From Nitrospirota bacterium (lineage in GTDB: Bacteria; Nitrospirota; UBA9217), in assembly GCA_963751455.1 (NCBI GenBank), contig CAVVUN010000012.1, forward strand, positions 544,001 through 608,000: a DNA stretch of 64,000 nucleotides, written 5' to 3'. Positions within the stretch are counted from its first letter, which is position 1. Each line of letters begins with the position of its first letter. This document shows, piece after piece, positions 8,793 through 17,001 of the stretch. Below the pieces are notes generated by a model that worked only from the letters and a program-made list of their open reading frames with translations, did no database searches and had not been told where the DNA came from. The translations under genes were made by a program, and so were the position numbers.

Positions 8793-11700
8793 TCAGGGCG
8801 GCGAGCCCCGGCGCCAGAAGACCTCGGTTTCGATCGTGAGCCGATATTTACCATTCCACTTGCCCGTAATCTCCTTCTTCAAGGCTTTGAGACGCTTCTC
8901 TACCAGGCGTTCGTTCTCGATGTCCGCCAGGTACGATAGACGCAGCACCGAGGGCGCTTTCAGCAATTCCTTCAGCAAAAGATCGATCCTCGGCTGCCAA
9001 TGCTGACGCAGCTTCGTGCTCGTCGGTTCGAACGCCCCATCCGCGATATCCATGGACACAACGTGGTGGATCGTTGCTCCGAAGTTGAAGCGCAGCATTT
9101 TGCCGCGCGTGGCGCGCTGCACCCGCGGGTTTTCGGTGGTCATTCGATAGCCGGTGGGCAGGGTGCGATCATCCAACTTCAGGATGAAGTTACTGCCGCG
9201 AATCTCGTCAGGCGCCATTGCACAGGTGACATGGAAGCGTCCGTGCTCGTCAGTGGCGGCAATCAGACCGCGTGCAGTTGCCACGCGCACCCCCGGCAAA
9301 CCCCGCTCGCCCGCGTCCTGCCGCCCGTTCAGGTCGCGATCGTCGAATACCTTGCCGACCACGTCTGTGCAATCGAAGGTCGGGTCGGGGACGACCCGGA
9401 CCGTCGCCGTTGCTGCCTCGGAGAAGGGTCCGCCTGTTTCTGTATTGATCACCTGCGCCTGGTTGACGTACTCGCCTTCCGAGACGCCGGCGCCCGCTAA
9501 CAGCAGCAGCTTGATGGTGTGCTTCTGCTTATAGCCGACGTCGAGATTGTTCCACCCCAATTGCCGGCCGTTAACGGCCGGCTCAAGCGGGGTCCCGTCG
9601 AAGCGGCTTGAGCCTTCCACATACTTGAACCCGGGCGGCAGCGTATCGACGAGGCCCAGAGGGGGCAGCGTGCTGCGCAGGGTGTTCTTGAAGGTGATCG
9701 TGTAGGGAACGAGCTGTCCGCGTGTGACATTTATCAGGGGGCTCGTCTTCGTGATGGAAATCTTTTCCTCGACATACGGATCGACCGGAATATGGTTGTT
9801 GAAGATCTGGTTGGCCGTCGAATCCAGCGTGAGATGCAGGTAGTAGGTGGCGATTGCCCCCGTCGGCGCGGTCGTCGAGACGTGCGCCTCGCATTGCGCC
9901 GTGGCCGGAATGGCGTCAGCGGAACACACCGGCGCCGAATACGGAGCGGTTTTATCACTGGTGGTCGGCAAAAGGACGAGCGACGGCTCCGCCACGTATC
10001 CCGCGGGCACTGCCGTAACCGCGATGAGATAGTCCGCGCCTTCGGGACAATTAGTTGAGTCGAATTTCAGATCGAACTTGTATTCCCCGCTTGCCGGCGT
10101 CACCTGATACTGCTGAGACGAATCGACGAAGCAGCTCGAGGGTAAATCGGTCCCCGTTGACGCCAACCGCATAGTGAGTGTCGCTCCCTCCAGCGGCTTC
10201 CGAAACTCCGACTCATAGATGACGCCATTCGCCGGGATTATGGTTTGCGTCGGGTTCTCGGTGCCCGAAACATTCGGGTCGTCGCTCTTGATCGGCGCGG
10301 GCCATGGGCCTGATAGCTCTGCCTGGTTCAATACAACGGTGCCGCTTTTGAGATCCGTCTTGAGGACAGCCTCGAACTCGATCGTAAGAGTTTCGTTCGG
10401 GCCGATATTCAGGCTATTGACGCTGAGCGTGCCTTCATTGATTTCGTAAGTAACTCCTATGGGCACGACAACGTTCCCGATCGAACCCGGCTGGAACCTC
10501 GGCGTAGCGTTCAGGCGATCGAGCTCATCGAGCAGCGAGAAATTTTCCAGCCGGATACCCGTCGGATTCTGGATGGCGATGGTGTAGCGTAACCGGTCAC
10601 CCGGGTTTCCAATCGGCTTGTCCACGGTCTTCTGTAACGTAAGGGTTGGAATCGGTACGGTCAGCGGCGGCGCGGTCGTGGTGGCCACGTAATCGTTGAA
10701 AGATGGCGTGCCGCTGCCGGTGCGCTCGTAAGCATTGTCGTTGTCAAGGCCGGTCCAGCAGGCAATCACGCTGTTGGTCAACGTCTGACCGGCCACGACC
10801 ATATCAAGCACGCGCACCTGGTAGATAAGGGGGACCGTTGTCCCTTCCGGGAGGTCGATGCCGCTGGCCCAGGTGAGGGTCTGCACTGTGCTCGCTCCAT
10901 CGCCAACCACAGTCGGTTCAACGGTTACGCCGCCGATCCGCGCGCTTCCGGATACATACACCAGCCCGAGGCTCATGGTGTCGGCAACGACGGCATCAAA
11001 GACACTTGAGAAGTCGGCGCCCGTGGCCGACGTCAGGTTCACCGTATAGGTCAGAATGTCACCCGCCTTGGGCGGCGTCGCCGGATTCACGCTCTTGGCC
11101 ACGGTAACTGAAGGCTCAACGATGGTCAGCGGACCGCTCGTGCCGTCGGTCACCGCGCCGGCCGGGATGTCCGTATAGGTATACGATGCAGCATTGGTGA
11201 AACTCGTCCCTCCATTGGCCTGCTCGTTGTTGGCCAGGCGGGCGGTAAGCGTGATCATCGCCTGCCGGCCGGCAGTAATGGCGCCGAGAGCCCAGGTCAG
11301 GGCTTGCCCGGACTGGGTGGTGGTAATGGTCAGGGGCGCGCCGTTCAGGGTGGCCGTGGCGCTCACATACGCAAGGGCGCCGTGCAGGGTGTCGCTCACC
11401 ACCACGTTGGCGAGCGAGGCGTTGACCGGCGTGCCCGGTACGGTGATCTGGTAGGTCACTGTCTCGCCGATGGTCGCCTCCCCGTTTGTCGGCGAAGTAA
11501 TTCTTTTTGCCAGCGATAGGCCGCTCACTATATTCGTCATCCAGACTTGCGCCATATTCGACGAATTGTAGATACGGCCATTAGTCGGCAGTGACGCGTA
11601 CTGGGTCAGCCCGGCCTCATTGCTCCAACTCGTCTGACCGGTAAGATCGGTATGAAAGCCGATGTTGTAGTCGATTGTCACGCACTGGCCCGGATTGACC

Positions 11701-14700
11701 GGCGTGTTGAGCACGAAAGTCATAGTTCCGCCGCGTCCCGGCGAAGGCGTATACGTGTAATCGGTGCCGGCGGCCAGCACTGTGGTGCCCACGGTAACCA
11801 CCGGCGCAGTCATGCTGGCCACATCCAACTGGCTCGCCAGCACGTCAGTAAGCTGGACGTTGTAGGCCGGGGCCAGGCCGTTGTTGCACGAATTCAGCTG
11901 GAACCTCATCACATCATTAGCTATGTAGACCTGGTACGGATTGGCATTGGAACCATCGCCACTGGCTGTCCGACCGACAACTGCGCCGGTCTTGGCGATG
12001 ATCGACATGGCCGGCTGGCGCACGTCAACTCTTTTCGTGGTCGTCAATCGGGCGGGATAGACCGTTGGGTCGCCGCCCGTATAGAAAAGTTTCGCCCTGT
12101 TGTCGAGCAGAATGGATGTGCCATTGGCCACACCCGCGGGCGGCGCATCAATGACGACCTTTGCGACATACCGGATCACCAGGGCGTCGTCAGTCGATGT
12201 GCCGTCCGGCGTGTTGATGATGTCGCCGAACTCCCAACGCAAGGTGCCGGCCGCACCCGCAGCCGGCTGTGTCCCCAGGGTATAACTGAAGTTCGCACCA
12301 CCGATGATTGAAAAGCTTTGCAGCGCCATGCCCGCTGGCAGCGCATCCTCGACCACGACGTTCCGGGTCGTGTATTCCTGCAGATTGAGCGTCAGGTCGT
12401 AGGTGACGGTGTCGCCTACTCGAACGATCGGATCGATGGTGCTCGCCGGGGTCTCGGCATAGGAATCCGTGTTGACCGATTTGGCGATGAAGGTGTTGTT
12501 AACCGTGTTGACAATGACACTGGCCGGGCCGAAGCAATAGTCGTTCGGCAAGGTCGTTGTCGGACAGCCCGCGCCGGTGCGCTCACGCCCTGGGGCTGGA
12601 TTACTCACCGGATCGATCGGATAGTCCTCATCGAGCGAGGTCCAGTCCAGATAAACGCTGTTGGTGAAGGAGCTCCCTGAGTAGGCGTCCACGACCCTTA
12701 CCTGATCGGTGAGCACCAGCGACTGGCCGGCGGGAATGTCGAGACTGCCGTCACCGTTCTCGCGTCCCCAGACCAGGGTGGTGCCGGAGGGCGTGGAGGG
12801 ATTCGCGATAAAGCCGCTGACCGCGACGCCGTTGATCGCGGCCGTGGCGGAACCGGCTACCAGCGCTACGTTCGCCGGCAAGGTGTCGACGATGTTGGCA
12901 TCAAACGCAGTGGAAGTGCCGTTATTGAGAATCGTAACCGTATATTCGAGAATGTCGCCCACCGTGGCGGGATCCGTTGCCGGCTTGCTCATGGGCGAGA
13001 CAAAGCGCACCGTCTTGGCAACGGTCAGGAAAGGTTCGATCACGGTCATGTTGGCGGTTGTGCCCGCGCCGCCGGCCAATTTGGTGCTATCGACGCCGTT
13101 TGCCCGGTTGCAGGTATACGACGCGCTGTTGGTGAAAGGCACGCTGCCCTGGTTAGCGGCGCTGTTCAGCAGCTCCACGGTGATCGAGATCTTCGCCTGT
13201 CCACTGGCAGATAAAGACTTGGCAGGGATATCGATGCCAATGGTCGTGTCTTCAAGGATGAGCGAGTTGCCGCTGCCCGTATTGCTGACCGTCCAGGCGC
13301 CGCCCGATACCACCCGCGCGCTCACAAAGCGCAGGTTGGCGGGCAGAGTATCCAGGATCTGCACGTCGTACAGGGGAACGGTGGTCGCGGTTGCGGGCAC
13401 GGTGATGGTATACTCGAACCGCTCGCCGATCGTGGCGGTTGTCTTTGCAGGGTTCGCCTTCGCCAGCGTGCCCGGAGTCTGGATCTTCACGATGGTGGGA
13501 TCTTCGTCGCCCGGATCTTCGGGCGAGGCCACGCCGTTGACGTACGGGTCATCGCTATCGGCGGTGAAGCCGCCGGCGGCGGTGAGGGTCGCCTGGTTGG
13601 AGACCGTGGTGCCGGTAACGCCTGATCTCAGTTTGATGTCGAAATCGACCACGAGCTGGCCGTTGACATTGACGTTCAGAGTAGGCGCACCATAGATCTG
13701 CAACAGACCCGTAGAGGAATTAAAATTATATGTGGCGCTGTATTGGGTTCCCGTGACAATGCTGACGATGCCAAAGGTGGCCGGATCGAACGAGTTCAGG
13801 TCCAGCTGATCGTTGATCGTGATCGTGTTGATCGTCTGATCAACATTGAAGACTCGCAGCCGGTAGCGCAAGGTGTCACCCGGCGCCGCCGTTGTGGCCG
13901 GGTTCGCAAGACTGGTCAGGTTCTGGACTGTCTTCTCGAAGTAGTAGCCGTGCAGGGCCGCCGTTACGGCCTGGCTGTCCTGATAGTCGATGATCGCTGG
14001 CGTACCGTCGGTAAGTGACCTGACGAATTCGCGACGGCCGGCATGGCTGTTGTCGGCGCTGAACCACTGGGTGACGCCGGCGACGTTGGTAAGCGTTGCG
14101 CCATCATTCGTAAAATCTATATCGAGCTGCGTCTGGTAGGTGATGATCAGGTGCTGCTCGGGCGCGATCTTGGCCGCCGTCGTAAGCATGGTCAGTGTGA
14201 GGTCGCAACCGCTATAGGTGACCGAGTAGTCGGTGTTCGGCATCAACGCCAATCCCGAGCCCGGGGTGCCGCCAGCCGCAATGATCTCGGCAGTAAGCGG
14301 GGTAGGAGGGTTGAGAGAGCCGGGGGGAAGGCCGGTGATGGGGTTGGTGACGCACATGCCGGCGGGGAGCTTGTCGAGGATGGTGGCGTTCCAGGCATCG
14401 CTGCCGCCGGTGTTCTGGACGTCGATGGTAAAGATCGCCGGGTCCCCAACGTTCAGGGCCGTCGCCGGGCTCGTCTTGTTGACCACGAGAACGGGGGCCA
14501 CGATGGTCATCGGCGCCGAGATGCCGGACTCGCCCGGGAGGGGATTAAAGAATTCATTCGCTTCAATGAGGCCGTTCTCATTGAGATCGATCCACCTTGA
14601 AAATTGCCACGTGGCAGTGTTGGTGAACGACAATCCCGGCTGGTTCGTTGGCGTGTCATCGAGGACCACCTCCACCTCGATCACGACCTGCTGATAGGCC

Positions 14701-15536
14701 GCGATATTGGGAAGCGTGAAGTGAAGATACTTATTGGTACTGTCAGGCAGTTGCGTGATCGGCACAGATGTGGTGGTGCCCTTGTAGTGGGCGTTCAAAC
14801 TCTGAAGGGTGAGAGCGGCGCCCGTGGCGGTGAGATCGTCCCAGACCTCGATGTTGCCCAACTCGTGATCTGACGGAGCGCCTGCGGGAAAGTTCATGGA
14901 CGGGATCGTGAGCGTGTAGGTGAAAGGCAGACCGATGGTTGCCGTAGTCGCGGGGGCCTGCTTAGCGATGGTCTCAGCGGGGATCATGATATCCTGGCAT
15001 GAACCACTGAAAGACCCCTCCGGGGAGTTAACTATCCAGAGCTTGTGGTCAATATTGGAACACGCCATATTGCCGTCGAACCAAACATTGTCGAATACAA
15101 TGAGATAGATTGTGGGGTCATTGGTTTGAAAGTTAATGGTTGCGGTCAGCGGATTGGACAGCGGCCAGTTCTGGAACGTGCAAGTCATGTCGATCGTGAC
15201 CTGAACAGGAGAGGCGCCGAGAACATTACCGTCAACCACTCCCTGCACTCCGTTGGCCCAGAATTGGGAGCAAAATTTATCCTCCGCCTGTGCGGAGAAG
15301 GCCGCGCCCAGCAACAGGGCGAAGAGGAGCAGCAGCGGGAAACCGAGCCTTGCGCCGCGTGCTGCCAGCGCTTTAAGGAAACCCTCCCACTTCCAGGCCT
15401 TCCGGCTCGAACACATCCCCCGCAGCAACTCGACTGAGCTCGCCGAAGTCTTACCGCGCAGCGGCAACGCCGCGGCGACCCCAAGTACCCGGGCTGCTCG
15501 AACAAGAAGGCCTGTAAGAGTCTCCTTTAACTTCAT
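8793..15536 (-). CDS. Giant DUF11 / isopeptide-forming fimbrial-domain repeat surface protein (2247 aa) with SdrD-B-like C-terminal region
   Basis: About 11 repeats of xxKT…GDxLxYT(I/L)xVxN…DxLP…NxA; Thr/Val-rich; C-terminal GKVFDDRDLNGRQDAGERGLPGV..TDEHGRFH motif and OmpA-like remnant ending TEVFWRRGSPP; long N-terminal signal region ending FSAQA. Confidence 0.9.
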   Translation of the reverse strand: MKLKETLTGLLVRAARVLGVAAALPLRGKTSASSVELLRGMCSSRKAWKWEGFLKALAARGARLGFPLLLLFALLLGAAFSAQAEDKFCSQFWANGVQGVVDGNVLGASPVQVTIDMTCTFQNWPLSNPLTATINFQTNDPTIYLIVFDNVWFDGNMACSNIDHKLWIVNSPEGSFSGSCQDIMIPAETIAKQAPATTATIGLPFTYTLTIPSMNFPAGAPSDHELGNIEVWDDLTATGAALTLQSLNAHYKGTTTSVPITQLPDSTNKYLHFTLPNIAAYQQVVIEVEVVLDDTPTNQPGLSFTNTATWQFSRWIDLNENGLIEANEFFNPLPGESGISAPMTIVAPVLVVNKTSPATALNVGDPAIFTIDVQNTGGSDAWNATILDKLPAGMCVTNPITGLPPGSLNPPTPLTAEIIAAGGTPGSGLALMPNTDYSVTYSGCDLTLTMLTTAAKIAPEQHLIITYQTQLDIDFTNDGATLTNVAGVTQWFSADNSHAGRREFVRSLTDGTPAIIDYQDSQAVTAALHGYYFEKTVQNLTSLANPATTAAPGDTLRYRLRVFNVDQTINTITINDQLDLNSFDPATFGIVSIVTGTQYSATYNFNSSTGLLQIYGAPTLNVNVNGQLVVDFDIKLRSGVTGTTVSNQATLTAAGGFTADSDDPYVNGVASPEDPGDEDPTIVKIQTPGTLAKANPAKTTATIGERFEYTITVPATATTVPLYDVQILDTLPANLRFVSARVVSGGAWTVSNTGSGNSLILEDTTIGIDIPAKSLSASGQAKISITVELLNSAANQGSVPFTNSASYTCNRANGVDSTKLAGGAGTTANMTVIEPFLTVAKTVRFVSPMSKPATDPATVGDILEYTVTILNNGTSTAFDANIVDTLPANVALVAGSATAAINGVAVSGFIANPSTPSGTTLVWGRENGDGSLDIPAGQSLVLTDQVRVVDAYSGSSFTNSVYLDWTSLDEDYPIDPVSNPAPGRERTGAGCPTTTLPNDYCFGPASVIVNTVNNTFIAKSVNTDSYAETPASTIDPIVRVGDTVTYDLTLNLQEYTTRNVVVEDALPAGMALQSFSIIGGANFSYTLGTQPAAGAAGTLRWEFGDIINTPDGTSTDDALVIRYVAKVVIDAPPAGVANGTSILLDNRAKLFYTGGDPTVYPARLTTTKRVDVRQPAMSIIAKTGAVVGRTASGDGSNANPYQVYIANDVMRFQLNSCNNGLAPAYNVQLTDVLASQLDVASMTAPVVTVGTTVLAAGTDYTYTPSPGRGGTMTFVLNTPVNPGQCVTIDYNIGFHTDLTGQTSWSNEAGLTQYASLPTNGRIYNSSNMAQVWMTNIVSGLSLAKRITSPTNGEATIGETVTYQITVPGTPVNASLANVVVSDTLHGALAYVSATATLNGAPLTITTTQSGQALTWALGAITAGRQAMITLTARLANNEQANGGTSFTNAASYTYTDIPAGAVTDGTSGPLTIVEPSVTVAKSVNPATPPKAGDILTYTVNLTSATGADFSSVFDAVVADTMSLGLVYVSGSARIGGVTVEPTVVGDGASTVQTLTWASGIDLPEGTTVPLIYQVRVLDMVVAGQTLTNSVIACWTGLDNDNAYERTGSGTPSFNDYVATTTAPPLTVPIPTLTLQKTVDKPIGNPGDRLRYTIAIQNPTGIRLENFSLLDELDRLNATPRFQPGSIGNVVVPIGVTYEINEGTLSVNSLNIGPNETLTIEFEAVLKTDLKSGTVVLNQAELSGPWPAPIKSDDPNVSGTENPTQTIIPANGVIYESEFRKPLEGATLTMRLASTGTDLPSSCFVDSSQQYQVTPASGEYKFDLKFDSTNCPEGADYLIAVTAVPAGYVAEPSLVLLPTTSDKTAPYSAPVCSADAIPATAQCEAHVSTTAPTGAIATYYLHLTLDSTANQIFNNHIPVDPYVEEKISITKTSPLINVTRGQLVPYTITFKNTLRSTLPPLGLVDTLPPGFKYVEGSSRFDGTPLEPAVNGRQLGWNNLDVGYKQKHTIKLLLLAGAGVSEGEYVNQAQVINTETGGPFSEAATATVRVVPDPTFDCTDVVGKVFDDRDLNGRQDAGERGLPGVRVATARGLIAATDEHGRFHVTCAMAPDEIRGSNFILKLDDRTLPTGYRMTTENPRVQRATRGKMLRFNFGATIHHVVSMDIADGAFEPTSTKLRQHWQPRIDLLLKELLKAPSVLRLSYLADIENERLVEKRLKALKKEITGKWNGKYRLTIETEVFWRRGSPP
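15427..15450. repeat. 24-bp palindromic mini-element inside the DUF11 gene N-terminus
   Basis: AACTCGACTGAGCTCGCCGAAGTC matches GACTCGGCTGAGCTCGTCGAAGTC at 45531-45554 at 21 of 24 positions. Confidence 0.65.
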
Positions 15537-15686
15537 GCCAAAATCCTGCCCCCGGTTCCGTTCAGCGTTATCATCAATTTGCTTCCAGCGATGGTTTGGC
15601 CAGCCATGGTGGGGACGGTCTCCTTCTTATGTACTGCCGTACCCGGAACCGGGCTGTGGTGTCTGCTTTCGTACCTCAGTCGTTGT

Positions 15687-16238
15687 CTATTCGGACGCCG
15701 CTATAAAATCGCCTCTGCGATTTTTTGCGCGGCAATCCTCGGTCAACGTGGCGCATACCGGCTTCTCCATACCATAGCTGATGAGCGCGATTCGGCTTGA
15801 CAAGATTCCGAGATCAGTCAAATATCTCTTTGCGCTCTGCGCCCTCTGCTGGCCGAGGGCCTGGTTATATTCTCTCGTGCCGCGGTCATCACAATTGCCC
15901 TCTATCCTGATGCTCACTGCGGGATTTGCCTTGAGCCACTGGGCATTCGCCTGCATGACGGCGCTTGCATCTTCACGGATAGAAGAGCTGTCGAAATCAT
16001 AATAGACCGACTGCAGACCGGCTAATGAAGCACCTGCCCGTTCAGCAGGTTCCTGTTTCATCTCGGGCTTCATCTCGGGTTTCGTCTCGGGTTTCGTCTC
16101 GGACTCGGCAACCGGAGCAGGTTCAATCTTTTGCGCTTCGGGTATGGAGCTCAGTTCGACCTTCTTTGGACAACCCCAGAGTGCTAAAAAACATGCTGCC
16201 ACAAGAACAACAAACACACTGATTTTTGCGGTTTTCAT
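15687..16238 (-). CDS. pal: Peptidoglycan-associated lipoprotein (Pal-like)
   Basis: Lipobox LWGC; VYYDFDSSSIR, IEGNCDDRGTREYNQALGQQRA, ISYGMEKP, KNRR; GAGGA RBS. Confidence 0.92.
   Translation of the reverse strand: MKTAKISVFVVLVAACFLALWGCPKKVELSSIPEAQKIEPAPVAESETKPETKPEMKPEMKQEPAERAGASLAGLQSVYYDFDSSSIREDASAVMQANAQWLKANPAVSIRIEGNCDDRGTREYNQALGQQRAQSAKRYLTDLGILSSRIALISYGMEKPVCATLTEDCRAKNRRGDFIAASE
16056..16103. repeat. 12-bp tandem repeat x4 in the Pal linker (E-T/M-K-P)
   Basis: TTTCATCTCGGG CTTCATCTCGGG TTTCGTCTCGGG TTTCGTCTCGGA. Confidence 0.85.
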
Positions 16239-16315
16239 ACTTGGTTCCTCCTATAAGTTAATAGCTTGTGTCTCGCACATAGTATTCCGGCATTTTCAAT
16301 GGATGCTGGACTCAA

Positions 16316-16438
16316 ATAAAAAAGCCGCCAAAAGATCCTTTGGCGGCCCGACAAGCATATAAAACAGAGATTATTCTGTTTTAAGTAGCTTCGTGGCTCT
16401 GCGCCCCGCGGTTTCCCGCAGTTTGCTCTGAGCAAAGT
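16316..16438 (-). ncRNA. GEMM-I (c-di-GMP-I family) riboswitch, A20 variant (predicted 3',3'-cGAMP), proximal copy with intrinsic terminator
   Basis: Minus strand UUUGCUCAGA-GCAAACUGCGG-GAAA-CCGCGGGGCGCAGAGCCACGAAGCUA…UGCUUGUCGGGCCGCCAAA: GCAAAC, GAAA tetraloop, P1 UUUG/CAAA; then GCCGCCAAAG-GAUCU-UUUGGCGGC followed by a U-tract. Confidence 0.9.
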
Positions 16439-16505
16439 AGTTGTGTTGCTGTCGTATTATGGATGCCATCATTATCTTATAGGTAAAGATAATGTCATCG
16501 GCTGT

Positions 16506-16529
16506 TTAGTTCATATCCGTTTTCCTCCT
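16506..16529 (-). other. Strong RBS followed by a 2-codon minigene (ATG AAC TAA) between the riboswitches
   Basis: Minus strand AGGAGG-AAAACGGAT-ATG AAC TAA (ATG at 16514). Confidence 0.5.
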
Positions 16530-16555
16530 GCATGATCAATTTTTAATGGTCTTAA

Positions 16556-16726
16556 ATAAAAAAGCCGCCAAAGATAAATTAACCTTTGGCGGCTCGACTA
16601 GCATAGAAACAGTATGCATTCTCTTTCCGGTGTAAAAAAACTTCGATGAATGAGAATGTGAGTACTGTTTTTTTAGCTTCGTAGCTCTGCGCCCCGCGGT
16701 TTCCCGCAGTTTGCTCTGAGCAAAGT
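16556..16726 (-). ncRNA. GEMM-I riboswitch, A20 variant, distal copy with intrinsic terminator
   Basis: 5' ~50 nt nearly identical to the proximal copy; longer P3 extension; 3' UGCUAGUCGAGCCGCCAAAG…CUUUGGCGGC followed by a U-tract. Confidence 0.9.
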
Positions 16727-16748
16727 ATTATATTTTGTTCTCGAAATG

Positions 16749-16777
16749 ACTGTATCATGCCATTTTGACCTTGTCAA
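16749..16777 (-). promoter_or_regulatory. Sigma70-type promoter for the riboswitch/Pal operon
   Basis: TTGACA-17 bp-TACAGT with extended TG, about 20 nt upstream of the distal aptamer. Confidence 0.65.
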
Positions 16778-17001
16778 GAAAATCGCGCTCTGTTGCCGAA
16801 TTACCAATTTTCCCTGTGTAACTTGAACATTTCTGTTTGCATTGCCTTAAAATAATATTTGCCATCAACAAAATCATACGGTAATATAGCGTTTTATTTC
16901 ATCGGTGATACTGTTTCTCAAAAAACTTTTTGCATTCTCGCTAGAGGCGAATCAGAAAATGCCGAAAAACATTACAGCGGAAAAGAAATGAAAGGTCAGA
17001 A

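Noticed and set aside
15545-15660. CCCGGTTCCG…CGGAACCGGG long-range inverted repeat between pal and the DUF11 gene
   Set aside because: A single 10-bp stem in GC-rich DNA with no matching known RNA family; insufficient support.
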